Shown here piece by piece: positions 8,884 to 18,845 of a DNA stretch of 49,680 bases. Source of the stretch: an uncultured bacterium (GTDB lineage Bacteria; Electryoneota; Electryoneia; Electryoneales; Electryoneaceae). The notes beneath the pieces were generated by a model, which was not told the DNA's origin, searched no databases, and saw only the letters and a program-made list of their open reading frames with translations. The translations under genes were made by a program, and so were the position numbers. The DNA lies in contig CAJVXH010000003.1 in NCBI GenBank assembly GCA_913009835.1, positions 1 through 49,680 of the forward strand, given 5' to 3'. Positions within the stretch are counted from its first letter, which is position 1. Every line of letters starts with the position of its first letter.

Positions 8884-11025
8884 ATGAAAATTAGACTTTC
8901 AATGAATAAGGAAATTCAACTACAAACAAAATCTGACGGGAACACGGTAACAAGATTTACACTTGAAGAAATTGATCTTGAAGACAAGCCCACCCTGAAA
9001 GAAGTATTCCGCAACTATGTCCATGCAACCAATGTCTGGGCCAAAGATCAGAAATGTGGTAAAGATAGCTACCAGGGTATGGTGGGGTTGGCATTCGACG
9101 CGGATGATGGATTGATTACCATGCCTGCTGCTGGAGCCCTGTTCAAAGAATACAAATACATCTTGTATACATCAACTGGGCACTTGGAAGACAAGCCCAA
9201 CCACTACGGTGAACAACATAGATTTCGGATTATCCTACCTTTCGAACCTTCCGACAGCCTTTACTTCACAAATCCAGACGAAGCTGACAAGGTATACGCA
9301 TGGGCAAAATGGCGATTCCCACAGTTTGATCCATATGTCTTTGCTCGTCATATGAAGCTATTTCCAAACCGGAACCCGAACCCCGACCATTACATTGTAA
9401 AGGTCAACACCGAAGGGGATTGGTTTCGTGTGCCAATTGAAGAAGTTTACCAGCTAGTGAAGGACCAGGCTACAAAGACATCAACAGAAAGTGCGGGATC
9501 TTCTGACAAATACCGCTATATCAAACATGGCATGGATATCGTCTTACCTAATAAAAGGATCAGCTACAAACTGGAAACGCTTCGCCCATACCTAGCTACC
9601 TGCAAAGATCAAAAACAGCCATGCTATTGCCCGTTTTGTGATGACCTGAATTCGGAAAGCGCATCAGCATTCGTGCAGATGTCTACCGAAGGTTTCGTGC
9701 ATTTGTTTTGTTCGCATTGCAAATCTGTCGCAGACCAAAAGGGTGAAGGGCAATACTATTATTTCGAAGATCCTGTGGAACCGGGAATGTTCATGCTAGA
9801 AGACAAATTGCTACGCGTTCACATGACTGCTAGTAATGCACACGTTGTTAAGGTCCGCGAAGATTACATCAGTAAAGGAAATCGCGATTATGTGAAAACA
9901 TACCTATCACGTATGCGCAATATCCCAAGTGCAAAATTCACTGTAGATCGTTTTGCCAGTGCTGCTTATGATCAAGTTCAATACGAACTAGATTTCGATA
10001 AGAGTTGCCTGCAAATACAGATTCCAACTGGTATCAATGTTCAGAAGAAGGACAACGCGTTCATCGATTCCTGGTTAGATAGCGTTTTTGGTAAATATAC
10101 AGATTTTATCAAGAACTGGCTTGCCCTGTACTGCTATACCAACTACCAGAAACTACCTGTAATCGTCTTAACCGGTCCACGAGCGACTGGTAAGACGACA
10201 TTTTCAGAAATTGTCGCCAGCATATTCCCCGACTTGGCAACAGACTGGGATGGCAACAAGCAGGACTTCACCCCGTTCTATACGAACAAGCTGCTGATGG
10301 TAGAAGAGAATTATGTGAATCGGAAAGAACAGTATGTGCAAATCAAGAAGGTAACCGGTAGTGAATTCTTAACTGTGAATGAAAAATACATGCCGCAGTA
10401 TCGCGTCCGTAACAACACCAATATCATCCTGACGACCAACGAACCACGGCCTGTATTCCTGGCCGCTAATGAAAAACCAACCAGTCCGGATGACAACAAC
10501 TTCTTCATCTACAAGGTGCCAGCGATCAAGAAGCTGAATCCGATAATCAAGGAAGAAATCCGTGAACGATTCGGACACTACCTACAAACGGAATTGCTTA
10601 GCAGGTATAAGAAATGGGAAGCCCAGCAGCAGTCATCGACGGCACGCTATGGTATTCCATGTCCGATTACGGATCTGGAAAAGGATCTTTACGATTCAGC
10701 ACAAACAAACATCGAAGCGGAAACGGAACTGGTAGCAGAAGCCTTGGTGCTGGGGTATCCAGATAACGATTGTAAGACCCTTGGTGGTGGTAGCCATATC
10801 ATGAAGATGGAATTCAGGGAGATGTTGAAGGCAATGCGTTTACGCCCTGAACGTCACCAAGATTACTTCCGTCGTCTGCAAGACAGTGGTGTGGTAGCCT
10901 ATCAAGAAACACGCAATGCAAGTAAACGGTTAGGATTTGAAATCCTGCGAAAGAAACACTTCTACGGTGAAGCAAAAACAAAGAAACCGATGACAGGAAT
11001 GACAGAAGATGACAGCGTTATTTGA
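8884..11025 (+). CDS. Phage/plasmid-type primase-helicase (AEP-like N-terminus, Zn finger, SF3/DUF5906-like helicase)
   Basis: AFDADDG, YILYTSTGH and HRFRIILPF (primase motifs); CPFC...CSHC; Walker A GPRATGKTT; LLMVEE; VNEKY..IILTTN. Confidence 0.8.
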   Translation: MKIRLSMNKEIQLQTKSDGNTVTRFTLEEIDLEDKPTLKEVFRNYVHATNVWAKDQKCGKDSYQGMVGLAFDADDGLITMPAAGALFKEYKYILYTSTGHLEDKPNHYGEQHRFRIILPFEPSDSLYFTNPDEADKVYAWAKWRFPQFDPYVFARHMKLFPNRNPNPDHYIVKVNTEGDWFRVPIEEVYQLVKDQATKTSTESAGSSDKYRYIKHGMDIVLPNKRISYKLETLRPYLATCKDQKQPCYCPFCDDLNSESASAFVQMSTEGFVHLFCSHCKSVADQKGEGQYYYFEDPVEPGMFMLEDKLLRVHMTASNAHVVKVREDYISKGNRDYVKTYLSRMRNIPSAKFTVDRFASAAYDQVQYELDFDKSCLQIQIPTGINVQKKDNAFIDSWLDSVFGKYTDFIKNWLALYCYTNYQKLPVIVLTGPRATGKTTFSEIVASIFPDLATDWDGNKQDFTPFYTNKLLMVEENYVNRKEQYVQIKKVTGSEFLTVNEKYMPQYRVRNNTNIILTTNEPRPVFLAANEKPTSPDDNNFFIYKVPAIKKLNPIIKEEIRERFGHYLQTELLSRYKKWEAQQQSSTARYGIPCPITDLEKDLYDSAQTNIEAETELVAEALVLGYPDNDCKTLGGGSHIMKMEFREMLKAMRLRPERHQDYFRRLQDSGVVAYQETRNASKRLGFEILRKKHFYGEAKTKKPMTGMTEDDSVI

Positions 11026-11273
11026 TGTGTTTTGTCACCCTTAATTCCTGACTATTATAGCAAATACAAGCGTAGTGACAGAAATGACAAGAAATTTTAG
11101 AAAGTGGTATCTGGTAAAATATATACCAATCCCGTTATAGCATACACACCTATAAAGAGTTCTGAAAAATCCCTGTCATTCTTGTCACCCGTCATGTATT
11201 TGTTGTCTATAACGCAAGTTAAGGGTGACAGAAGCGTTTGCAAATAGTTGTCACCAGCTGTCATCAATTGTCA
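10991..11273. repeat. Putative replication origin: symmetric TGACA/TGTCA iterons
   Basis: 12 exact TGACA/TGTCA pentamers mirrored about ~11131.5, including the 12-bp IR TGTCACCCTTAA/TTAAGGGTGACA. Lies at the 3' end of the primase gene. Confidence 0.7.
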
Positions 11274-11710
11274 CCGTTTTTGTTTTTGTGTGTTGTGATG
11301 TCGTATTGCTGCGCTTCGACCTGGTGAAATACGGGGTCGCATGGGCTGGATGTTTCGAATCGGTATCACACATCAAAACACAAAAAAATCAATGAATAGG
11401 ATAACGGCTTTATGAAGGGGGTTGCACACAACAAGACACAAAAACAAACACAAACACCTTCACCACGCCCAGGCTTAAGCTAGTAGCTGCCAGTCAGCCC
11501 CAACCCACCTGCAAAATCTGAAAAAGTCAACCTATTGGGTATCTGAAAAAAATATCCAGAAAATATTTCGGAAAGCGAATTACGCTTGACCGCCGGGGGA
11601 CCCGCAGGTACCGAATTACCAGTATTTTCCAGCATAGCCGTATCTCCACCGGCCCCTGATCCTAGAGAAGTATCGATCAAATATGTGTAAAATGATGCTG
11701 TCACTAGATT

Positions 11711-14700
11711 TTATCCAAGTTCATCCTCACGTCGTTCTGCCTCTTGATCGTTGGACGTTGCTTCATAACGATACCAATCTGCGACTTTCTTCATGATTCC
11801 CGCCACCCTTGGCCATTTTCCTACTAATTCTGAGGCATAATCAGCGTAGTGCACCGCTAAATCCCTTTCTTGTTGTCCACCGTCAAATGGACCTCGTGAT
11901 GTGGTGCCACGACTATTGTAAATACTGGATTCAAAATCACGATCTACTTTATCGTCAGCTATTTCTTCAATAATTTCACAAACTACCGGATCTGGCCATA
12001 TCCCATCTCGCTCGGCAGGTCCCCATTTCAACATTTTTCCAATATAGGCCAAACCAAGCTCCCGATACTTTGTCCTTTCGAGTAGCCCAAGCACTTCTTG
12101 GATCCAATCCTTCAAATACTGTCCATCTAAATTCACCGCCAGTTTCATACCAGGCACACTATGCCAAGATTCTAAGAGATACCAGGACAATTGCTCCATA
12201 TGTTTACTGTCTTCTTCCGACTTATCATTGTCACCCCCACCATGGCGATATCCAACAGCTTCAACAAAGAAAGCAGGATTATTTTCAAGTTCTTCGTGCA
12301 AAAGCAAGCGACCTGCGTTGATGCTAAGCATACGTAGGTAATGAAATTCTATCATTAGTATATCTTTTCTGTCAATTTGAGCAGCTTCAACAAGATAATC
12401 GAGTAGTTGTTTTGCATCATACGGAGATGTTCTAAAATTATCATCATCAAAGGACACAATGAGGCTTTCATTAAGTGCTTTATACACTATATTACTATTC
12501 AACATTTCTTTCTTATCATATGTATGCATTGCTAATATATCTAATGCAAACCTTGGTCTCTTATGAATTATTAATTCTTGCATAATACGGTTAAATAGAT
12601 TAGCATCATCTGACCATACGCAATTTATGCCTCTCCAGAAGCTATATTGCGTATCATCATCGAAGAAAGATACTAGATCTAGAGTATTATTTGAGAGTGG
12701 GAAGCAGATTAAGGCTGCAACTCTTGTGTCCTGATCAAACTTTTCAAGTATCGAAGTCGTTAGATAACTAATAATCCATTCTTCTCCAAGATTCCATATA
12801 GCGCCTTTGACATAAGATTGAGCCATTATCCTACTAGAATTATCCTTACCAAGGCAATCAATCATAGCATGTGAAATGTCATCGCTATGATCAACATCAA
12901 ATAAACAACGTCCTATCTCGTAGGGAGTATCAACAATTTCGGAGAAATCTATTAATGAATCAGTGCCATCATTTTCCAATATATCACGGATAGCTTCAAG
13001 TCGCAGTTCATTCAGTACATTTCTGTTTGACTCCCAATCTGAACGTAGATATTCAAGTTGTGGGTGATTTGAGAAAAGCCAACTATATTTATCAATAAGA
13101 GACGTTGGCGTTAGGTCTCCAACTATACTGGCGAGCTGATCAACAATATCTTGTGGCAAGGACCAATTTGCGTCTGCGAAAGATCTATGTCTATTCACAA
13201 AATCTCGAAGGGCGTTCCACAATTTGACTTTAATGCCACCTTCAGGTGATGAATCTGCGTAGTCCTTCAGGGCTTGCAGCATGAAGGGAAATACTTCTTG
13301 GTGTACATTTTGTAAGTGCTCAACGAGGTCAACCCAACCTGATGGTGTTTTTTGGGCTTCATCAAGGATTAATCCAGATAAGACTTTTAATGAATCCGAA
13401 TATTCATCCCGCGTCGGTCGATTAGGTTCGGAAGGCCAATCTCTCCATAATACAGATCTTGCACCCGGTCCACTCCTGATCGAAAAACTACTTTCGCCCG
13501 GGAGTAATGCTGTTAGGAGCCGCGTAGCTACACTTGGATTGTTGTGACGAATCCTATCAAGAGCAGAGTCTCTTTGCTTGGTATCAGCTCCACACTGCGG
13601 GAATGCAAGCCTGAAGAACGAGAGTAAACTTCTGAATGGACTGTTGACTAAGTTGGTATCTGGCACTATTTCCGTAAGCTTGCTGAGTATCAATGCTACA
13701 CGTGTGAAATACTCCGGGGACCAAGCGAGATGTTCGAGAGCCCAAAGCAGATGTGGGTACTCATAGTTTGACAATACAAGACCCGGCTGTTCATTCCAAA
13801 GAATTAGGATTGATTGTGTTGATGATTTCAGATCTTCTTCTAGGATTCTAAGGAATTCATTTGGCGATGCTTCTGCTAGATTTGTCAACTGGTCAGCGAA
13901 ATCGATCCAAAGCTCACTGGACTTCAAAGCTTCGCCAGTTAGCTCGCGTACAGTTCTATCAACTTGCCACGAAACGTCCTGTCTATCTGAAATCGTTATT
14001 GGTGGATTAGCCGCTGCGAGTGCACCCAGCATAGCAAGAGTATCGGAAATCCCCTTTCTCAGGACCGTTGAATATTTTCGGGTTTTATGTCGGATGCTTG
14101 CAAACGGTTGTTCCTCTGGCGGTAGATCCTGCTTAGGATCACGTTCAAGTAGTACGTATTTTGCATTTTCAATGAAGTGATCAATGTCCTCCCTGCTAAC
14201 AAACTCCGAAATCATTCGCCATGAATCTTCTTTGGCGTTAACGCGCCATTCTGTACCAATTTGCCTGAATGGGGCATCTTGCACTTTCCGCCACTTCGTA
14301 AGTATCAATTTAACATCAAGATAAGCCCTATTTGAAAGACTCTCAATTACTTTCTTATCTCCATCCTTTTGTTCATCCCACTGACCTGCAAGTATTAACG
14401 GTATTAAATCTTGAATACTTTCACCTGTTACCCAATCAGGAGTTTCAAGAGGGATAGTTGCTGTTACTCTCCTATATGCCATAAAACTGCGGCGAGCTAA
14501 GGCTGCAAGCGATCTGGCATTAGCACTAGGTAATTGTTTCTTTAGTATCTCTACTGCCATAGAGGCACGTAGCCTTGGAACTGGAATGTCTATTTTCTGT
14601 ACGTAATCAGATCCAACAGCTAGAAGTACATGGTGACCAGTAGTTATGGCCGAGTTAATAGCATATGCAGATGAGGGGTTAGGAATTACTAGAATTAATG

Positions 14701-15490
14701 GATCTGGTGATGAAGAAAAGTGTCTAAAACTTGATGAATCCTCAATAATTATGCTTTTACTAAACAATTTAGCACCTTCATTATCAGACAAAGATGCAAA
14801 TGATGCTGCAATAAAAGCTAGTGATTCGTCTGTAGTATCAGATCTAATTACTCTTGCTGAAGCTTCCGCATTCTGGATATTAAGCAACTGTTGTACTGCT
14901 TCATGCCTTCCAGATAGATAGAAGTCTGAATAGATCTGAGGTGTTGTGGATGTAGACCATTCAAGCCACCAAGGCTCCAGTGCTTGTACATGTTCTAATG
15001 GTTTGCCGAGCTTGGCAGAAAGCCATACATGAACACCGGTCGCTGTGGATAGCCATGTGATTAAATTGTCAGCATCGTAAACACGAATATCTTTCCATTT
15101 GGCTTCTTTTTTCTTGGTCTGCACCCATGTTTCTTTACCTGCCCAAAGTCTAGGAGTGCAGAAAATGAAAGTGGAATTTGCTAATTCCCCTTCTGCCACT
15201 TGTTTTGTTCGCTTTTCGTAATCACTCTTGATTTTGGAATCAGGATCCTTCCCGACACCCATCTCCCAGTATACTTTACCTGTTGGAACAAACGTACTCT
15301 GGGTCGAATTGTCTGTTTCTCCATCCCAGCCAGCAAATCCAGCACCTTCTTGGGCGCGGAATTCAATCCTATCAGGTTTTGAAGTAGCAAGGACGAGTCT
15401 GCGTATTAGATCAGGAAAATCGTACCGACCTTCAATACGATCAGCCCAATGGGTCAGATCTGTGGCGTTAGCCGAGATTGGATTAGCCAT
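11711..15490 (-). CDS. Large uncharacterised protein, candidate defence protein (REase-like N-terminus, degenerate NTPase-like region, helical C-terminus)
   Basis: 1259-aa intact ORF, visibly AT-richer than the core genes. N-terminal GWDG..VYWEMG..KIKSDYEKRT..FIFCTPRLW..WKDIRVYDADNL. Same strand as, and downstream of, the R-M operon. Confidence 0.6.
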   Translation of the reverse strand: MANPISANATDLTHWADRIEGRYDFPDLIRRLVLATSKPDRIEFRAQEGAGFAGWDGETDNSTQSTFVPTGKVYWEMGVGKDPDSKIKSDYEKRTKQVAEGELANSTFIFCTPRLWAGKETWVQTKKKEAKWKDIRVYDADNLITWLSTATGVHVWLSAKLGKPLEHVQALEPWWLEWSTSTTPQIYSDFYLSGRHEAVQQLLNIQNAEASARVIRSDTTDESLAFIAASFASLSDNEGAKLFSKSIIIEDSSSFRHFSSSPDPLILVIPNPSSAYAINSAITTGHHVLLAVGSDYVQKIDIPVPRLRASMAVEILKKQLPSANARSLAALARRSFMAYRRVTATIPLETPDWVTGESIQDLIPLILAGQWDEQKDGDKKVIESLSNRAYLDVKLILTKWRKVQDAPFRQIGTEWRVNAKEDSWRMISEFVSREDIDHFIENAKYVLLERDPKQDLPPEEQPFASIRHKTRKYSTVLRKGISDTLAMLGALAAANPPITISDRQDVSWQVDRTVRELTGEALKSSELWIDFADQLTNLAEASPNEFLRILEEDLKSSTQSILILWNEQPGLVLSNYEYPHLLWALEHLAWSPEYFTRVALILSKLTEIVPDTNLVNSPFRSLLSFFRLAFPQCGADTKQRDSALDRIRHNNPSVATRLLTALLPGESSFSIRSGPGARSVLWRDWPSEPNRPTRDEYSDSLKVLSGLILDEAQKTPSGWVDLVEHLQNVHQEVFPFMLQALKDYADSSPEGGIKVKLWNALRDFVNRHRSFADANWSLPQDIVDQLASIVGDLTPTSLIDKYSWLFSNHPQLEYLRSDWESNRNVLNELRLEAIRDILENDGTDSLIDFSEIVDTPYEIGRCLFDVDHSDDISHAMIDCLGKDNSSRIMAQSYVKGAIWNLGEEWIISYLTTSILEKFDQDTRVAALICFPLSNNTLDLVSFFDDDTQYSFWRGINCVWSDDANLFNRIMQELIIHKRPRFALDILAMHTYDKKEMLNSNIVYKALNESLIVSFDDDNFRTSPYDAKQLLDYLVEAAQIDRKDILMIEFHYLRMLSINAGRLLLHEELENNPAFFVEAVGYRHGGGDNDKSEEDSKHMEQLSWYLLESWHSVPGMKLAVNLDGQYLKDWIQEVLGLLERTKYRELGLAYIGKMLKWGPAERDGIWPDPVVCEIIEEIADDKVDRDFESSIYNSRGTTSRGPFDGGQQERDLAVHYADYASELVGKWPRVAGIMKKVADWYRYEATSNDQEAERREDELG

Positions 15491-15559
15491 TCTAAACCCC
15501 CACGTGGGTGTGCGAACACCATACCCTCAGGTAGAACAATTAAGCTATGATCTTTAGTT

Positions 15560-15705
15560 TGTCCCGCATGATTTCATACGGTGTTATTCATGAAATAATC
15601 AATGAACTCAATGGCACATTTCTGGTTGTGTTTCGGATAGATTTTTAGCGCACGAATCCGGGTTGTGTCATCGGTCGTCGTGTACTGGAAACGGCGTTTT
15701 ATAGA
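15560..15705 (-). pseudogene. IS481-like transposase remnant
   Basis: Short frame RFQYTTTDDTTRIRALKIYPKHNQKCAIEFIDY resembles the IS481 integrase core (YTAIDDxTR). No full ORF. Confidence 0.55.
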
Positions 15706-15795
15706 AAATGTAGTAGCCTGTCCCCATCCAAATACCGGAAGTCGACTGATTAAGCCCAAATCAAAGCAAGGTCAAAACCGTATCGAACCATATGA

Positions 15796-18700
15796 CTAGG
15801 AAGACCTACCGACAATCTCCATCAATTTCCCGTAGTCTGTAACTACATCGTATTTCACGTGTTCCGGGTCAATTCTACGATTGATTTCGTCGAAGAACTT
15901 TCGTGCGCATTCAATTTTCGTATGCTCGATGGCTCGTAGCTCCATACTAGACATTGAGCCTTTTGTCTCTGCCACGAAGTAAATGTGCTTGATAGATCCT
16001 TCCTTGAAGGAAATGGCCCAGTCGGGATTGTAGTCACCAACGGGTGTTGGGATCAGGAAACCACGAGGCAGTTTAGCGTAAACCACTACCTCGGCGCTGG
16101 TATCCAATTCTTTAACAAACTCTCGTTCGACTTTGGAGTCGGTGATCGCATAATCATAGATATGATTTTTGAGCTTCTCACCGGCCTTGGTAAAGTCCTG
16201 GCTGCTCTGGTTAGCCGTGAAAATATAGGTATCGTGGGTCTCGGAAATTCCATCGTAACTCAGACGTTCTATGATGATCGTCGCCTTTTGTTCGTTGATC
16301 AAACGAGTCGACTCAGCTAAAAAGTTTTCAGGGTTCTGTTTGAACTGATTAAATACTGTCGGTTCTATTCCGCCCAGCATTTCGGCGATGGTTTTTCGTG
16401 TAAGTTGTGTATTTTCAGCCAATTTACCTAGAAGGTCGTATTTAACCATCGATTGAATTGAAGCCTTAAATTCTTCTGTTATCGTCTTTTGAACTTCAAA
16501 AGCCTGCCCAGCCTTTAGTTGATCGTAGGTTGCCTGATCAACCTGCTCGCCACCTTGTATGGTGTACTGTAAAGGCGTCACCCTTAACTCGTTGTCCAAT
16601 GTGCGGATGCTGTTGCGGATTAGTTCTTTGGAATCAAACTCAACGCGATAAACAGCTTTCCCGTTTATTCGGTTCCAGAGTTCCTTGAATTCCTTCTTTT
16701 CAAAGTTGCTGTTCAATGGGTTGGTTTTGGGCTTGCGGTCATCCCCCACCTCGGGCAACTGGGATTCGCTAAAGATGCCGTTAATTAGAAGCACCACCTG
16801 ATCGGTATAGGGTTTCAGCTCATCTGGCATATCAGCAATTGATCCATTTTTTAGATCTGCGTGATATAACTCTGTCAAATTCCGTTTTCTGTCCACATAG
16901 CTATTTTGTATCAAGAAGAACTCGATATCTGTTGCCATATCATCGCTGACGGTAACATTCCCCTGATCTGTCTGAATGATTTTTCCAAGGAAATATGCTT
17001 TGTCCGCAACACGTGGACGTGATGAAAGGGCGTCACTGATCTCACGCTGCAAGTTGGTCACAAATTCCTTATAGCTTTCGCTAGCGACCACTGTCAGCAC
17101 GTTAATGTCATGCACTGTCGCTGCATGATCCATACGATCGCCGCGCTGATTGACGGACAGTCTTAGACCACGCCCTACTTCCTGACGACGTGAAATTGTG
17201 TTGTCACTGTGCTTTAGCATGCACATCACAAAGACGTTTGGGTTATCCCAACCTTCACGTAGCGCCGAATGCGAGAAGATGAAGCGAACAGGCTCATCAA
17301 ATGACAACAGCCGTTCTTTATCTTTCAGAATCAGATCGTATGCGTCGACATCATCAGACAATCCAGCCTCTTCACCGCGTTTCTTGAAACTTGGATCTTT
17401 CAATTTTTTAGTTTTCTTGTCTATGGCGAAGTATCCATTGTGAGTCCCCCCAACATCTATTTCGGTCAGATGCTTACGGTACGCCTCATTGTCCAATGCC
17501 AACTCGCTTAGATATTCGGCTTTAAGCTGTTCGTATTCCTCTTCGAAAACACGAGCATAATCGCCTTTGTCTTCTGGCTGACTGTAGTCGCGATACTTGG
17601 CTACTTCATCAATAAAGAAAAGCGAGAGAACCTTTATCCCTTGTGCGAAGAGACGTTGTTCCTTCTCTAGGTGCGCCCTTATGGCTTCACGGATCTGAAT
17701 TCTACGAATGGTCGGTTCGGTAACATCTCCAGTTGCCTCACCCGCCGTAAGTTCAACCCCATTGGTGAATTCTACAGTATCTTTATTTGCGTCGATCTGG
17801 GCGATGGTGAAGCCTTGATACTGATCAAGTTGGTTCGACTCAACAAACAGGTCAGTGCCTTTGTTGAGACGCTTCACGACACGTTTAATGCCGTTTCCCT
17901 GACGAACCTCTATCTCTATACGGGCTACCGGGGCATTTTTAGAAATCTCGATGGATTCCAAATATAGATATGCATTTGTCCCAGCCAAGCCTCTCACGGC
18001 AATACCACGAACAGCAATCTTCTTAACCAACTTCTGGTTATAAGCGTCCAAGGCGTCAAGGCGATGGATCTTGTTGTGGGTGGTGCGGTGTGTTGCTGAG
18101 TAACGCAGAATCATCAACGGCTTGAACTTGGCTAAAGCGTTCAGCGTTTTCGCGCCTTCCATCTTCTGCGGTTCATCAAGAACTAGAATGGGTCGGTTGC
18201 TGCTAATGACGTCAATGGGGTGGCGGGACTGGAAGTCATCCAGCTCCTCGTAAATACGACGATTGTCTTTACCTGCGGCATTAAACGCTTGGATGTTGAT
18301 AATCATGACGTTAATGCCAGCATCCGACGAGAAACTCTCCAGGCGGTGTAGTTGTTTGGAATTGTAGATAAAGAAACGCGCTTTTTTTCCGTAGCTCTCG
18401 GTGAAGTGGTCAGCCGTTATTTCCAGCGATTTATACACGCCCTCACGGATGGCAATGCTAGGTACAACAACAATGAACTTGGACCAGCCGTAACGTTTGT
18501 TCATCTCGAAGAAGGTCTTGATGTAGCAGTAGGTCTTGCCAGTACCGGTTTCCATCTCGACATCGAGGTTAATCTTGCATCCGGCGCTTGTACTCAACTC
18601 GTCCGAGAGGGGAAGGTTTTGCCTTCGTTGAACAACATGAATATTTTTGATTAACTCTGTTTCAGTGAGTTGAAGATCACTGTTTCTAAACCCTTCAAGC

Positions 18701-18834
18701 TCGTAGGTAATTTGATCACGACCTGGATCGATACGATATGCAAAACCAGAAGTATTCGCTTGCCCAGCGAAGCAGTCAACCACAGAGTCAACGGCGTTGG
18801 TTTGGAAAGGCTGGATCTTGAATTTCAGTTTCAT
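15796..18834 (-). CDS. res: Type III restriction endonuclease Res subunit
   Basis: [31 protein letters not shown] and QEVGRGLR motifs; C-terminal YNPDWA..FVAETK nuclease motif. Start at 18834 or 18849. Confidence 0.93.
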   Translation of the reverse strand: MKLKFKIQPFQTNAVDSVVDCFAGQANTSGFAYRIDPGRDQITYELEGFRNSDLQLTETELIKNIHVVQRRQNLPLSDELSTSAGCKINLDVEMETGTGKTYCYIKTFFEMNKRYGWSKFIVVVPSIAIREGVYKSLEITADHFTESYGKKARFFIYNSKQLHRLESFSSDAGINVMIINIQAFNAAGKDNRRIYEELDDFQSRHPIDVISSNRPILVLDEPQKMEGAKTLNALAKFKPLMILRYSATHRTTHNKIHRLDALDAYNQKLVKKIAVRGIAVRGLAGTNAYLYLESIEISKNAPVARIEIEVRQGNGIKRVVKRLNKGTDLFVESNQLDQYQGFTIAQIDANKDTVEFTNGVELTAGEATGDVTEPTIRRIQIREAIRAHLEKEQRLFAQGIKVLSLFFIDEVAKYRDYSQPEDKGDYARVFEEEYEQLKAEYLSELALDNEAYRKHLTEIDVGGTHNGYFAIDKKTKKLKDPSFKKRGEEAGLSDDVDAYDLILKDKERLLSFDEPVRFIFSHSALREGWDNPNVFVMCMLKHSDNTISRRQEVGRGLRLSVNQRGDRMDHAATVHDINVLTVVASESYKEFVTNLQREISDALSSRPRVADKAYFLGKIIQTDQGNVTVSDDMATDIEFFLIQNSYVDRKRNLTELYHADLKNGSIADMPDELKPYTDQVVLLINGIFSESQLPEVGDDRKPKTNPLNSNFEKKEFKELWNRINGKAVYRVEFDSKELIRNSIRTLDNELRVTPLQYTIQGGEQVDQATYDQLKAGQAFEVQKTITEEFKASIQSMVKYDLLGKLAENTQLTRKTIAEMLGGIEPTVFNQFKQNPENFLAESTRLINEQKATIIIERLSYDGISETHDTYIFTANQSSQDFTKAGEKLKNHIYDYAITDSKVEREFVKELDTSAEVVVYAKLPRGFLIPTPVGDYNPDWAISFKEGSIKHIYFVAETKGSMSSMELRAIEHTKIECARKFFDEINRRIDPEHVKYDVVTDYGKLMEIVGRSS

Positions 18835-18845
18835 AGCGTAGCCAC

